Source: a virus
Lineage: Duplodnaviria; Caudoviricetes
IMG/VR virus record: IMGVR_UViG_3300037313_000468
Location: 1 to 41,427 of that record
Length of the DNA: 41,427 nt
Direction: 5' to 3' (one strand)
Below, in pieces: positions 41,350 to 41,427 of this stretch. Within the stretch, counting starts at the first letter, position 1, and the number at the start of each line of letters is the position of its first letter. The translations under genes and the position numbers were made by a program. Below the pieces are notes generated by a model. That model saw only the letters and a program-made list of their open reading frames with translations. It had not been told where the DNA came from and made no database searches.

Positions 41350-41427
41350 CAGAAACCCCGCCCGCGTCGCGTTCGGGTGGCCCTGCCCCTCCGCTGCCAC
41401 GAGGGGGGATGGGGCGCCGCGACGGGG
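41301..41427. repeat. Terminal 127-bp direct repeat, copy 2
   Basis: Identical to bases 1-127. Confidence 0.95.

Overview
The window is a complete temperate, high-GC siphovirus genome from an actinobacterial host. It is about 41.3 kb and assembled as a circle: bases 1-127 are identical to 41301-41427. The gene order is a small divergent HTH module, lysis cassette (membrane proteins, M15-type endolysin, holin; no lysin B), attP matching the 3' half of tRNA-Arg(ACG), tyrosine integrase, immunity region, and early/replication genes (C5 methyltransferase, WhiB, PD-(D/E)XK exonuclease, SSB, primase-polymerase/helicase, resolvase). These are followed by HNH, terminase, head, tail and tail-tip genes. 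The most unusual features are: (1) an OmpA-like peptidoglycan-binding domain inserted in the tail hub protein; (2) a Cys/His micro-gene with its own RBS nested out of frame in the primase-helicase linker; (3) a dual-frame C5 methyltransferase with an alternative-frame beta-like ORF and tandem LLPTP modules; (4) a non-coding, highly pairable stretch of about 330 nt ahead of the late genes; and (5) two antisense leaderless micro-genes in the tail operon. All product calls come from motifs and synteny read by eye; no database searches were run.
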